Source of the DNA: Acidobacteriota bacterium
Lineage (GTDB): Bacteria > Acidobacteriota > Thermoanaerobaculia > Gp7-AA8
Direction: 5' to 3'
Assembly: GCA_019244185.1 (NCBI GenBank)
Contig: JAFATB010000014.1
Span: forward strand, 192,001 to 256,000
Length of the DNA stretch: 64,000 nt
Shown: in pieces, positions 56,311-64,000 of the stretch
Layout of the letters: each line of letters starts with the position of its first letter
How positions within the stretch are numbered: the first letter of the stretch is position 1
Notes under the pieces: model-generated
What the model saw: the letters and a program-made list of their open reading frames with translations, nothing else
Databases searched by the model: none
Told to the model about the DNA's origin: nothing
Translations under genes and position numbers: made by a program

Positions 56311-57672
56311 TTACTTCTCCACGAGATCGAGATCCGCGCCGATTTCCAGCGCGAAACGGCCGCGGCCCGTCGACGCGATCTGGATCTCCGGACACTTCTC
56401 GCGCAGGCGGTGGCGCAGCAGGATGAGCCGGCTCTCGAGGTTGTCCTTGAGCTCCGGCAATCCGAGCGTGCGGTCGAGGCGCAGCTCACGGTTCGTGAAC
56501 GCGGTGCGCCCGTCTTTCTTCCACGCGCCGAGGAGCTTCCAGAGGATGCGGCCCGGGACGTTGCGGATGAGGTACTCGCCGTCGAGAAAGACGCAGTCGT
56601 CGTTGCGGTAGTAGGTGAGAGTGCGCCGCACGGTGGCGGGACGCGGGATGGGCGGCGGGGGAGGTGCGGGGCGCGGCTCGGCGCCTTCGGCGGGATCGTC
56701 CTGCAGCGCGCGGTCGATGCCGAGGGCGATCTGATTGCCGATGATGGCGAGGTAGGTCTCGTCCCATTCGCCGAACGCCATCGCGTCGCGGCTCTCCGCG
56801 GCGAGGACGCCGATCAGCCGGTCCTCGATCAGCAGCGGAATCACGAGCGCGCTCTGCGCATCCGGAAGGCCGGGAAGCGGGATCTCCGGACGGACGCTTC
56901 CGCTGCGGTTCATGACCGAGCGCCGCACCGCACGTCCATAACGAAGTCCTGCCTCCAGTCCGGTGATCCGCAGGACGCGCTGTTCGCTGGCGACGGTGCC
57001 GATCAGACCTTCGCCGACGGCCACTTCCGCGCCGACGCCGCCGCCGTAGCCGCGGCAGGCGATGGTCACGAGGCGCTGCACGTCATTGTCGTAGAGCAGC
57101 ACCATCGTGTGATGGAAGCCGAAGTAGACGTCGAGCGCGTCGAGCGCGGCGGCGAGCAGCGTCTCGAGATCGTCCGCACGGTTGATCCGTTCGGAGACGA
57201 GCTGCAGGCCGCGCAACTCGGTCCGCAGGCCGGTGACGGAGACTTCCTCGTGCGCGGGCGCTTCGCCCGGATCGTTGAGAAAGCCCTCGACGCGCGTCGC
57301 GCTCAGGACTTCGAAGACATCGGCCGCGATGAGACGGAACACGCCGTCCATCCCGGTGTGCGACGCGATGGCCTGGATGCGCATGGCCATCGTCTCGAAG
57401 AGCGGCCCGCGCTTCTCGGAGCGCACGAACTTCAGGCGCAGGCGATACGCCTGCATCGTCACGGGGTCGAGCAGCTCGGCGCTGATGAACGGGTTCGCGT
57501 CGAGATTGCGGCGCGTCTTGTTGAAGAACTGGCAGGAGAGCGCGACGTGCTGGTCGTCGATCAGATAGACCTGGCTGACGTACGTGACGTTCGGCATCCC
57601 GTGCGCGTCGCTCGAGGCGATGATGGTCGGGATGACGCCCTGGAAGCAGCGGGAGAACTCGATGAGCCTCAT
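56311..57672 (-). CDS. PNPOx-like + GAF + winged-helix transcriptional regulator
   Basis: CFQGVIP..PNVTYVSQ..FFNKTRRN; GEGLIG GAF; ILWKLL..FTNRELRLD..NLESRLILL..GRGRF. Confidence 0.82.
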   Translation of the reverse strand: MRLIEFSRCFQGVIPTIIASSDAHGMPNVTYVSQVYLIDDQHVALSCQFFNKTRRNLDANPFISAELLDPVTMQAYRLRLKFVRSEKRGPLFETMAMRIQAIASHTGMDGVFRLIAADVFEVLSATRVEGFLNDPGEAPAHEEVSVTGLRTELRGLQLVSERINRADDLETLLAAALDALDVYFGFHHTMVLLYDNDVQRLVTIACRGYGGGVGAEVAVGEGLIGTVASEQRVLRITGLEAGLRYGRAVRRSVMNRSGSVRPEIPLPGLPDAQSALVIPLLIEDRLIGVLAAESRDAMAFGEWDETYLAIIGNQIALGIDRALQDDPAEGAEPRPAPPPPPIPRPATVRRTLTYYRNDDCVFLDGEYLIRNVPGRILWKLLGAWKKDGRTAFTNRELRLDRTLGLPELKDNLESRLILLRHRLREKCPEIQIASTGRGRFALEIGADLDLVEK

Positions 57673-58127
57673 GCGAGCGGCGCTCCCGCGTTCGGTCCCG
57701 GTGTCTGGTCGTAGACCTCTTCGACCGACATGTCGATGGCGAACGCCGGCCAGTGGTTCATGCTGCGCGTCAAACGGCGCGGCAGGCCGAGCGCCTCGAG
57801 GATGTCCGCGAAGCCGTAGACGTATTCCTTGACGAAAGGCTCGTCGGCCGCGGGCGCGAGACGCACGCCGGTCGTGAGCCCTTTCATCTGGATGGACGTG
57901 TTGTCGCGCGGCAGCGAGAGCGAGACCGCAATGCGCCGCGTCGTGGCGACGTTGGCGACGATCTCCTGTCCGGTCGCCACGGGGACGTACACCGTGAGCG
58001 TCTCGAAGTCGTCTTTCGAGCGGACCGCCGCGCCGCGGCAGCAACTCGGGACGTGTTCCGCGTCCGCTGTTCCGACGATTACCGAGAGTCCGCGTTCCTC
58101 ACACCACCGCACCTGTTCGGGAGTCAT
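57669..58127 (-). CDS. Pyridoxamine 5'-phosphate oxidase-like (split-barrel) protein
   Basis: IQMKG, YDQTPGPNAG C-terminal motif. Confidence 0.75.
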   Translation of the reverse strand: MTPEQVRWCEERGLSVIVGTADAEHVPSCCRGAAVRSKDDFETLTVYVPVATGQEIVANVATTRRIAVSLSLPRDNTSIQMKGLTTGVRLAPAADEPFVKEYVYGFADILEALGLPRRLTRSMNHWPAFAIDMSVEEVYDQTPGPNAGAPLA

Positions 58128-58303
58128 GGCCGCGGGGGATTTTAAGGTTTCTTTAGGATTTCGTCTGCCCCGCCGTTTGCGCCGCGCGGAACTTTTCAGA
58201 TCGAGGTAGGCAAGTCTTAGGAAGCGCGCCGCGGCCGCCGCCCTAGATTGCTCGCGACGACAACAACGTGAACGCGACGATCGCGAAACGGGAGGACGAC
58301 GCC

Positions 58304-58975
58304 ATGCAACGCTACGATCTCTACCGCAACATCCACAAAGGCATCCGCGTGATGCTGTTCGACCTGATCCAGAAAGCCGGCCGTGTCGATTTCCGCGATC
58401 TGCCGGCCGTCGCGCGGCTGCGCGCCGACACGAAAGAAGTCTTCGAGCTGCTCGAAGGTCACGCGCACAAGGAAGACCTCTTCGTGATGCCGCTGGTGCG
58501 GCTGCACGCGCCCGACGTCGCGCGCTCGTTCGACGAACAGCACGAGGATCAGGAAGCGCGCCTGCCGGGGCTGCTCGCCGCGCTGGAGATGCTCGACACG
58601 AGCGCGCCCGATGCGCCGCGTCGCGGCCACGCCTTCGTCGTGCAGCTCTCGCGCATCGCGGGCGAACTGCTCACGCACATGGCCGACGAGGAGACGAAGA
58701 TCAACGCGGTGCTGTGGATCGCGCTGACGGACGACGAGCTCGCCGAAGTCGAGCAGCGCATCGTCGGCAGCATCGCGCCGGAGATGATGGGACGGTTCGC
58801 GCGCTGGATCCTGCCGGCGCTGAACACGCCGGAGCGCGTGGAGTTCTTCGCGAAAGCGCGCGCCACCGCGCCGGCCCCCGCGTTCCAGTTCCTGCGCGGC
58901 CTCGCGAAGCAGGTGCTCAGTCCCGCCGACGATCTCGCGCTCGACGCGGGTCTCGCGGTAATGACCTACGCGTGA
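58304..58975 (+). CDS. Hemerythrin-like domain protein
   Basis: IHKGIR, HAHKED, QHEDQ, HMADEE; GGAGG RBS. Confidence 0.82.
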   Translation: MQRYDLYRNIHKGIRVMLFDLIQKAGRVDFRDLPAVARLRADTKEVFELLEGHAHKEDLFVMPLVRLHAPDVARSFDEQHEDQEARLPGLLAALEMLDTSAPDAPRRGHAFVVQLSRIAGELLTHMADEETKINAVLWIALTDDELAEVEQRIVGSIAPEMMGRFARWILPALNTPERVEFFAKARATAPAPAFQFLRGLAKQVLSPADDLALDAGLAVMTYA

Positions 58976-58983
58976 AGCGCAAA

Positions 58984-59012
58984 CGGGCGGCGGACGCAGC
59001 GTCCGCCGCTCG
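58984..59012. terminator. GC-rich hairpin between convergent genes
   Basis: GCGGCGGACGC-A-GCGTCCGCCGC. Confidence 0.55.
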
Positions 59013-59027
59013 ACGCACGCGCGCGAA

Positions 59028-59504
59028 TCACGCGCCGAGAATCTTGCGGACCATGACCAGCTGGCCGAGGTGATAGGAGTTGTGGTCGGCGGCGAGAATG
59101 AGCTCGCGCAGCACGGTCTGGCCGTCGCCGCCTTCGATGCGTGCGAAGAGATCGAACGACAGATCGTTCGCGATCTCCGCCAGCGCGCGCATGCCGTCGC
59201 GGACTTTTGCGACGCTCTCGTCCCACGCACCTTCCGACGGCGGCTCGGGAGCTGACGGCCAGTAGCCCGACGGCCATTCCGGCGAGACGTGCCGCTTCGC
59301 GTCGCGCGTGAACTCGACGATGTCCCACTGCGCGATGCGGATGTGCTCGAGCAGTTCCCACGCGGAGTGCGGCCCACCATCCGGACGCTTACCGCGCAGT
59401 TCCACGGGGAAGTCTTTCACCGCGTCGTCGAACTTGATGTGCGCCTCGCCCCAGTCGGCGATGCGCGCGAGCAGAGTGCGCAGTGCGCGTTCCTCGTTCG
59501 TCAT
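59028..59504 (-). CDS. DinB family protein
   Basis: HSAWELLEHIR, ADHNSYHLGQ. Confidence 0.88.
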   Translation of the reverse strand: MTNEERALRTLLARIADWGEAHIKFDDAVKDFPVELRGKRPDGGPHSAWELLEHIRIAQWDIVEFTRDAKRHVSPEWPSGYWPSAPEPPSEGAWDESVAKVRDGMRALAEIANDLSFDLFARIEGGDGQTVLRELILAADHNSYHLGQLVMVRKILGA

Positions 59505-59530
59505 GATGCCGCTACCTCATCGCAGCCTAG

Positions 59531-59571
59531 ACAATGAAACGGCGGACGCATCGCGTCCGCCGTTTCATTGT
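59531..59571 (-). terminator. 19-bp perfect hairpin downstream of the ompA pair
   Basis: ACAATGAAACGGCGGACGC-ATC-GCGTCCGCCGTTTCATTGT. Confidence 0.75.
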
Positions 59572-59582
59572 TGTCGCGTGCG

Positions 59583-60251
59583 TTACTGCGCCGGCGGCGC
59601 CTGAATGTGAATCTCGACGCGGCGGTTCAGCTGCCGTCCCTCGGCCGTGTCATTCGTCGCTTTCGGCCGGCTCTCGCCGTAGCCGTAGACGACCACGTTG
59701 CGCGACGGCACGCCCTGATCGATGAGGTAGTCGGCCACGTTCGCGGCGCGCTGCTCGGAGAGGCGCTGGTTGTACTCGTCGGTGCCGACCGAGTCGGTGT
59801 GCCCTTCCACGTTGATCCGGTTGTCCGGATACTGCCGGAAGTTCGACGCGAGATCATTGAGCGTCGTGCGCGACGCCGAACGAAGATCGGCCGAGTTGAA
59901 GTCGAAGAGGATGTCGCTCGTCAGGCGCACGTCGATCTCGCCCTCGGACGGACGCGTCACTTCGACGCCTTCGATCTGACGGAGCTCCTGCTCCTGCTTG
60001 TCCATGCGGTGTCCGACGGCCGCGCCGACCGCGGTGCCGACCGCCGCGCCGACGACCGCGCCCGTGCGGTTGTTGCCGCCCTGGTTGCCGATGACCGCGC
60101 CCGCGATGGCGCCGGCGACCGCGCCGATCGCCGCACCGCGCTTCGTCTTGCGGTTGTTGTTCGGCGACGACGACGTGCTCGTGTCGTTCGTCGTCGCGCA
60201 GGCGACGGCGAAGATCGTGGCGAGAATGAGAACCATACCTTTGCGTAGCAT
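59583..60251 (-). CDS. OmpA-family lipoprotein with glycine zipper (YiaD-like)
   Basis: Lipobox AVAC, glycine zipper, GHTDS, NQRLSEQRA, NRRVEI. Confidence 0.92.
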   Translation of the reverse strand: MLRKGMVLILATIFAVACATTNDTSTSSSPNNNRKTKRGAAIGAVAGAIAGAVIGNQGGNNRTGAVVGAAVGTAVGAAVGHRMDKQEQELRQIEGVEVTRPSEGEIDVRLTSDILFDFNSADLRSASRTTLNDLASNFRQYPDNRINVEGHTDSVGTDEYNQRLSEQRAANVADYLIDQGVPSRNVVVYGYGESRPKATNDTAEGRQLNRRVEIHIQAPPAQ

Positions 60252-60331
60252 CTGAAACCTCCTGTGCTGCAAAAAGAGACGCTCGTTGCCGAGCGTCCCG
60301 TTCATTTCACGATCGATACCGACTGGCGGCA

Positions 60332-60979
60332 TCAGCTGTTGGCGCGCACATACAACTCGACGCGACGGTTCGCCTGACGGCCGCTCGCGGTGGAGTTCGA
60401 TTCCTTCGGCTTCGCTTCGCCGTAGCCGACCGCGTCGAGACGCGAGCCGCGCACGCCGACGCCTTCGAGGTAGCTCGCGACCGAATTGGCGCGGCGCTCG
60501 GAGAGGCGCTGGTTGTACGCACTCGAGCCGGTCGAGTCGGTGTGGCCCGCGACGACGATGGTCGTGTCGCCGTACTTGTTGAAGACGTCGGCCATCTCGC
60601 GGAGCTCGCTGCGGGAGCTCGAGCGGAGCGCCGCGGAGTCGTAGTCGAAGAGGATCTCGTTGCGGACCGTGACCTTCAGCTCGTCTTCGTCGGTGCGCTG
60701 GACGTTGATGCCCTCGATCTGCCGGAGCTCGCGCTCCTGCTTGTCCATCATCGCGCCGACGATTGCGCCGGCGGCGGTGCCGGCGAGCACGCCGACGGTG
60801 GCGCCGCGCTTCGCGCTGTGATGGCCGCGGTTGTTGCCGATGATCGCGCCCGCGATCGCACCGGCCACGCCGCCGATTACGGCGCCTTTCTTCGTCTTGT
60901 CGCGCTCGGTGGCGACGTCCGCGAAGGCAGTGGTTCCGGCGAGGAGCGCAATGAGGATGCTGGCGATGAACTGTTTCAT
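60332..60979 (-). CDS. OmpA-family protein with glycine zipper
   Basis: Signal peptide, glycine zipper, GHTDS, NQRLSERRA, NRRVEL. Confidence 0.92.
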   Translation of the reverse strand: MKQFIASILIALLAGTTAFADVATERDKTKKGAVIGGVAGAIAGAIIGNNRGHHSAKRGATVGVLAGTAAGAIVGAMMDKQERELRQIEGINVQRTDEDELKVTVRNEILFDYDSAALRSSSRSELREMADVFNKYGDTTIVVAGHTDSTGSSAYNQRLSERRANSVASYLEGVGVRGSRLDAVGYGEAKPKESNSTASGRQANRRVELYVRANS

Positions 60980-61005
60980 GTGTTCCCTCCGTGTCTGCCC
61001 TGGAT

Positions 61006-61022
61006 TGCGACCGAGGTGCCAC
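61006..61022 (-). promoter_or_regulatory. sigma54 promoter of the ompA pair
   Basis: Minus strand GTGGCACCTCGGTCGCA (GG-N10-GC), upstream of a GGAGGG RBS. Confidence 0.6.
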
Positions 61023-61096
61023 GGCCGACATAGATCCGTCAAAAAGTATCCGCGGCGTGGCCGAGCCCGCCGCGTCGGGTGCTACCATGCCGCGCC

Positions 61097-62206
61097 ATGC
61101 CGGCCGAGCGCTCGATGCAGGACGTGCTGCGTAACCTATTGCAGTACGGCGAGTTGTCGTTTCGCGACTTCATGGAGGTGGCGCTCTATCACCCGCAGTT
61201 TGGCTACTACGCCACGCGCGAAAACCCGGTCGGCCGCAGCGGCGATTACGTCACCGCGCCCGTGCTCAGCCCGGCATTTTCGTTCGCGATCGGCAGGCTC
61301 GTCCGCGAGTTCGTGCGCCGTGCCGAGGGCGCGATGTGCTCCATCGTGGACATCGGATGCGGCGACGGCGGGCTGATCCGCGCGATCGCGGCGGAGATCG
61401 ACGCGCCGCATGCGCGCTTTTTCGGGGTCGACCGCGCGCTCGGACGCGTGCACGACGAGCACGCGCGCGTCACCTTTCTCAACACGCTCGATCAAGTGCC
61501 GCGCGACGGCATGCATGTCATCCTGTCGAACGAGCTCTTCGACGCGTTTCCGTTCGCGCGGCTCATGCAGCGCGGCGAGCACCTGCACGAGTTGTGGGTC
61601 GGCGAGCGCGGAGGAACGCTCGACTGGGTCGAGCGCGAGGCGCCTGGTCCGTACGAGCACTACTTCGCCGAGCGCGGGATCGAGCTCGCCGAGGGGCAGT
61701 TCGCGGACGTTTCGCTGGAGTGGGAGGCGTACTACGCGGACGTCGCGCATTTCGTGCGGCAGGGAATGATCGTCACGTTCGACTACGGCTTTCCGCAGCA
61801 GAAGCTGTTTCATCCGCGCGCGCGCCGCTTCGGCACCGCTGCGGCGTACGCGGGGCAGCGCGTCTCGCGCGATCTGCTCGCGAACGCGGGCGAGCAGGAC
61901 CTCACCGCCCACATCAACTTCACCGACCTCGAGCGCGCCGGCGAACGTGAAGGCGCGACGACGCTCTTCTTCGACCGCCTCGCTCCGTTTCTCCTCGGCG
62001 TCGGCATCGCCGAGCATCCGCTCTTCACGCCGGTGCACGAGCTGTCGGTGTCGAATGCGGAGCAGGGGATGGCGCTGATGGAAGCGCGCGAAGACGCGCG
62101 GCGGCTCGTGCTGCCGGACGGAATCGGCGAGGAATTGCGGGTGCTGGTGCAGGGGAAAGGGATCGCGATGGAGGGCTGGTCCTTCCAGAGTCCGCTGATT
62201 CCTTGA
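61097..62206 (+). CDS. MidA/NDUFAF7-family SAM-dependent methyltransferase
   Basis: FMEVALYHP..GYY, GDYVTAP, DIGCGDG, SNELFDAFP, FDYG, GEQDLTAHINF. Confidence 0.9.
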   Translation: MPAERSMQDVLRNLLQYGELSFRDFMEVALYHPQFGYYATRENPVGRSGDYVTAPVLSPAFSFAIGRLVREFVRRAEGAMCSIVDIGCGDGGLIRAIAAEIDAPHARFFGVDRALGRVHDEHARVTFLNTLDQVPRDGMHVILSNELFDAFPFARLMQRGEHLHELWVGERGGTLDWVEREAPGPYEHYFAERGIELAEGQFADVSLEWEAYYADVAHFVRQGMIVTFDYGFPQQKLFHPRARRFGTAAAYAGQRVSRDLLANAGEQDLTAHINFTDLERAGEREGATTLFFDRLAPFLLGVGIAEHPLFTPVHELSVSNAEQGMALMEAREDARRLVLPDGIGEELRVLVQGKGIAMEGWSFQSPLIP

Positions 62207-62230
62207 CTCTACGTTTTCGCCGTCTAGAAT
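62203..62230 (+). promoter_or_regulatory. sigma70 promoter of the nuo operon
   Basis: TTGACT-N16-TAGAAT. Confidence 0.65.
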
Positions 62231-62260
62231 GAGCGGCGGTCGTCGTCAGCGAGAACAAGG

Positions 62261-62620
62261 ATGGCAAATTACTCGGTGCTGTTGGTCGCCGCGCTCATCG
62301 TGGTCTCCGTGCCGGTACTGACACTATTCATCATCACTCCACTCGTCCGCGCGTCGCGGGCGAACAAGGTGAAGCTCGAGCCGTATGAATGCGGCATCGC
62401 GCCGACGTCCTCAGCATTCGACCATCGTTTCTCGGTCCGCTACTTCCTCATCGCGGTCCTCTTCATCGTCTTCGACGTCGAGACGGTCTTCCTCTTCCCC
62501 TGGGCGATCAGGTTCAAACAACTCGGATGGTTCGGTGCCGTCGAAATGGCGGCGTTCCTGGCGATTCTCCTGATCGGGTATTTCTATGCGTGGAAGAGGA
62601 AGGTCCTTTCATGGGTCTGA
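62261..62620 (+). CDS. nuoA: NADH-quinone oxidoreductase subunit A
   Basis: [16 protein letters not shown]. Confidence 0.95.
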   Translation: MANYSVLLVAALIVVSVPVLTLFIITPLVRASRANKVKLEPYECGIAPTSSAFDHRFSVRYFLIAVLFIVFDVETVFLFPWAIRFKQLGWFGAVEMAAFLAILLIGYFYAWKRKVLSWV

Positions 62621-63633
62621 TCGAGAATCGATTCGAGTCGAACGTTCTCACGACGACCGTCGACAAATTCTTCAACTGGGCGCGTAAATCTTCTCTCTGG
62701 CCGATGCAGTTCGGCCTGGCCTGCTGCGCCATCGAAATGATGGCCGTGCTCGATCCGCGGCACGACATGGCCCGCTTCGGCGCCGAGGTCTTCCGCGCTA
62801 CGCCGCGCCAGGCCGACCTCATGATCGTCTCCGGCACCGTCACGGAGAAGATGGCTCCGATCGTCCGCCGTCTGTGGGACCAGATGCCGGACCCGAAGTG
62901 GGTGATCTCGATGGGCTCGTGCGCGACGTGCGGCGGCCCGTACGACACGTACGCGGTGACGCAGGGCGTCGACCGCCTGATTCCTGTGGACGTCTACATT
63001 CCCGGATGTCCGCCTCGTCCCGAGGCGCTCATGTGGGGATTGATGGAGCTCCAGAAAAAGATCGAGCGGATGCACATCCTGCGGAAAGGCGGCGAGGCGT
63101 ACGACTTCGCGCGCGCCGCGGTCCGCGACTCGCTCCGGCCCGCGCATGAAGGTCCGGCGCTGCGCGCGGAGCAGGCCGCGCAGCTCAAGCCCGCGCCGAT
63201 CTCCGGCGTCAAGCGCGCGCCCACGCCGGCCGCGCCTCCGAAACCGAAAGCAGTTCCGGCCGCCGCCGCGGAAACGGCGGAAGCCGCGGACGTCACGCAG
63301 GCCGACATTCAGCAGGCCGCCGCCCCCGAGATGCCGCTCGATCAGCCGGAAACCGGCGCGTCGCCGGCGGTGCCGTTCCATCGCGACGATCTCACGCTCC
63401 CCGAGCGCATGACTCTCGCCAACGAGATGGGCGGCAACTGGGTGACGAAGCTCTTCGCGTCGATGGCGCAGACCGACTGCGGCGCGTGCGGCTGGGACTG
63501 CGAAGGCTACGCGAACGCGCTGGCCGAGGGCGAAACCGACGACATTTCTCTCTGCGTCCCCGGCGAATCCGAGACGCTCGACATGCTGAAACTTCTGATG
63601 GAGGAGGCGGGCAAGAGCTACTCGGGCGTGTAA
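62611..63633 (+). CDS. nuoB: NADH-quinone oxidoreductase subunit B with C-terminal extra Fe-S domain
   Basis: [27 protein letters not shown]; tail [17 protein letters not shown]. Confidence 0.93.
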   Translation: MGLIENRFESNVLTTTVDKFFNWARKSSLWPMQFGLACCAIEMMAVLDPRHDMARFGAEVFRATPRQADLMIVSGTVTEKMAPIVRRLWDQMPDPKWVISMGSCATCGGPYDTYAVTQGVDRLIPVDVYIPGCPPRPEALMWGLMELQKKIERMHILRKGGEAYDFARAAVRDSLRPAHEGPALRAEQAAQLKPAPISGVKRAPTPAAPPKPKAVPAAAAETAEAADVTQADIQQAAAPEMPLDQPETGASPAVPFHRDDLTLPERMTLANEMGGNWVTKLFASMAQTDCGACGWDCEGYANALAEGETDDISLCVPGESETLDMLKLLMEEAGKSYSGV

Positions 63634-63646
63634 GTCCCGCAGCGAA

Positions 63647-64000
63647 ATGTCAGAGACAACTCCGCCGAGCACACCGCCGCCCTCCGCGGCGCCCGCCGCG
63701 CCCACCGCACCTCCCGTGCGCGGGGCCGACGAGATTAAACGCGACCCGCTCGTCGCCGCCGCGGTGGCGCGCGCGGCCGACGCCGTGCTCGACGCGAGAG
63801 AGCTCGTCGGCGAGATCACGCTCTTCATCGACACCGCCCGCATCGCCGATGTCTGCCGCACGTTCAAGGACGACGGCTTCGTCTATCTCGTCGACCTCGC
63901 CGGCGTCGACTACTCGAAGTTCCCGAATCACACCGGCCCGCGCTTCAGCGTCGCCTACACGCTCTACTCCTTCCGCCGCAACGCGCGCGTGCGGCTGCGC
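63647..64000 (+). CDS. nuoC: NADH-quinone oxidoreductase subunit C (5' part)
   Basis: GEITL, YLVDLAGVDY, RFSVAYTLYS..RVRL; position after nuoB. Confidence 0.88.
   Translation, partial: MSETTPPSTPPPSAAPAAPTAPPVRGADEIKRDPLVAAAVARAADAVLDARELVGEITLFIDTARIADVCRTFKDDGFVYLVDLAGVDYSKFPNHTGPRFSVAYTLYSFRRNARVRLR

Noticed and set aside
59583-61088. Single 501-aa double-OmpA ORF
   Set aside because: These are two separate paralogous genes with their own RBS and signal peptides; the long ORF is a frame extension.

Overview
High-GC bacterial chromosome segment, densely coding, with about 63 genes. The Acidobacteria-type VWA protein, Oar-like TonB receptor, MacB-type ABC operon with sigma54 two-component system, and HEAT/ECF module suggest Acidobacteriota (inference). 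I see no rRNA, tRNA, CRISPR array, integrase or transposase. Most genes are housekeeping or accessory metabolism and signalling. The best candidate for an undescribed system is a minus-strand operon at about 19.5-21.9 kb. It has a sigma54-type promoter, a 100-aa peptide (leader-like N-terminus plus an Asp/Gly core with 7 DGTD repeats), a JmjC/Cupin_4 Fe(II)/2-oxoglutarate oxygenase, and a sucrase-ferredoxin-like [2Fe-2S] protein with an altered ligand. This looks like a RiPP-type peptide hydroxylation system. Other highlights: NuoB fused to an extra 4-Cys Fe-S domain; a TonB receptor/acyl-CoA operon whose FabH homolog lacks the His/Asn catalytic residues; a PNPOx-GAF-wHTH/hemerythrin sensing module; many apparently leaderless genes; and two probable sequence or assembly anomalies. 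All calls come from motif recognition by eye, with no database searches.
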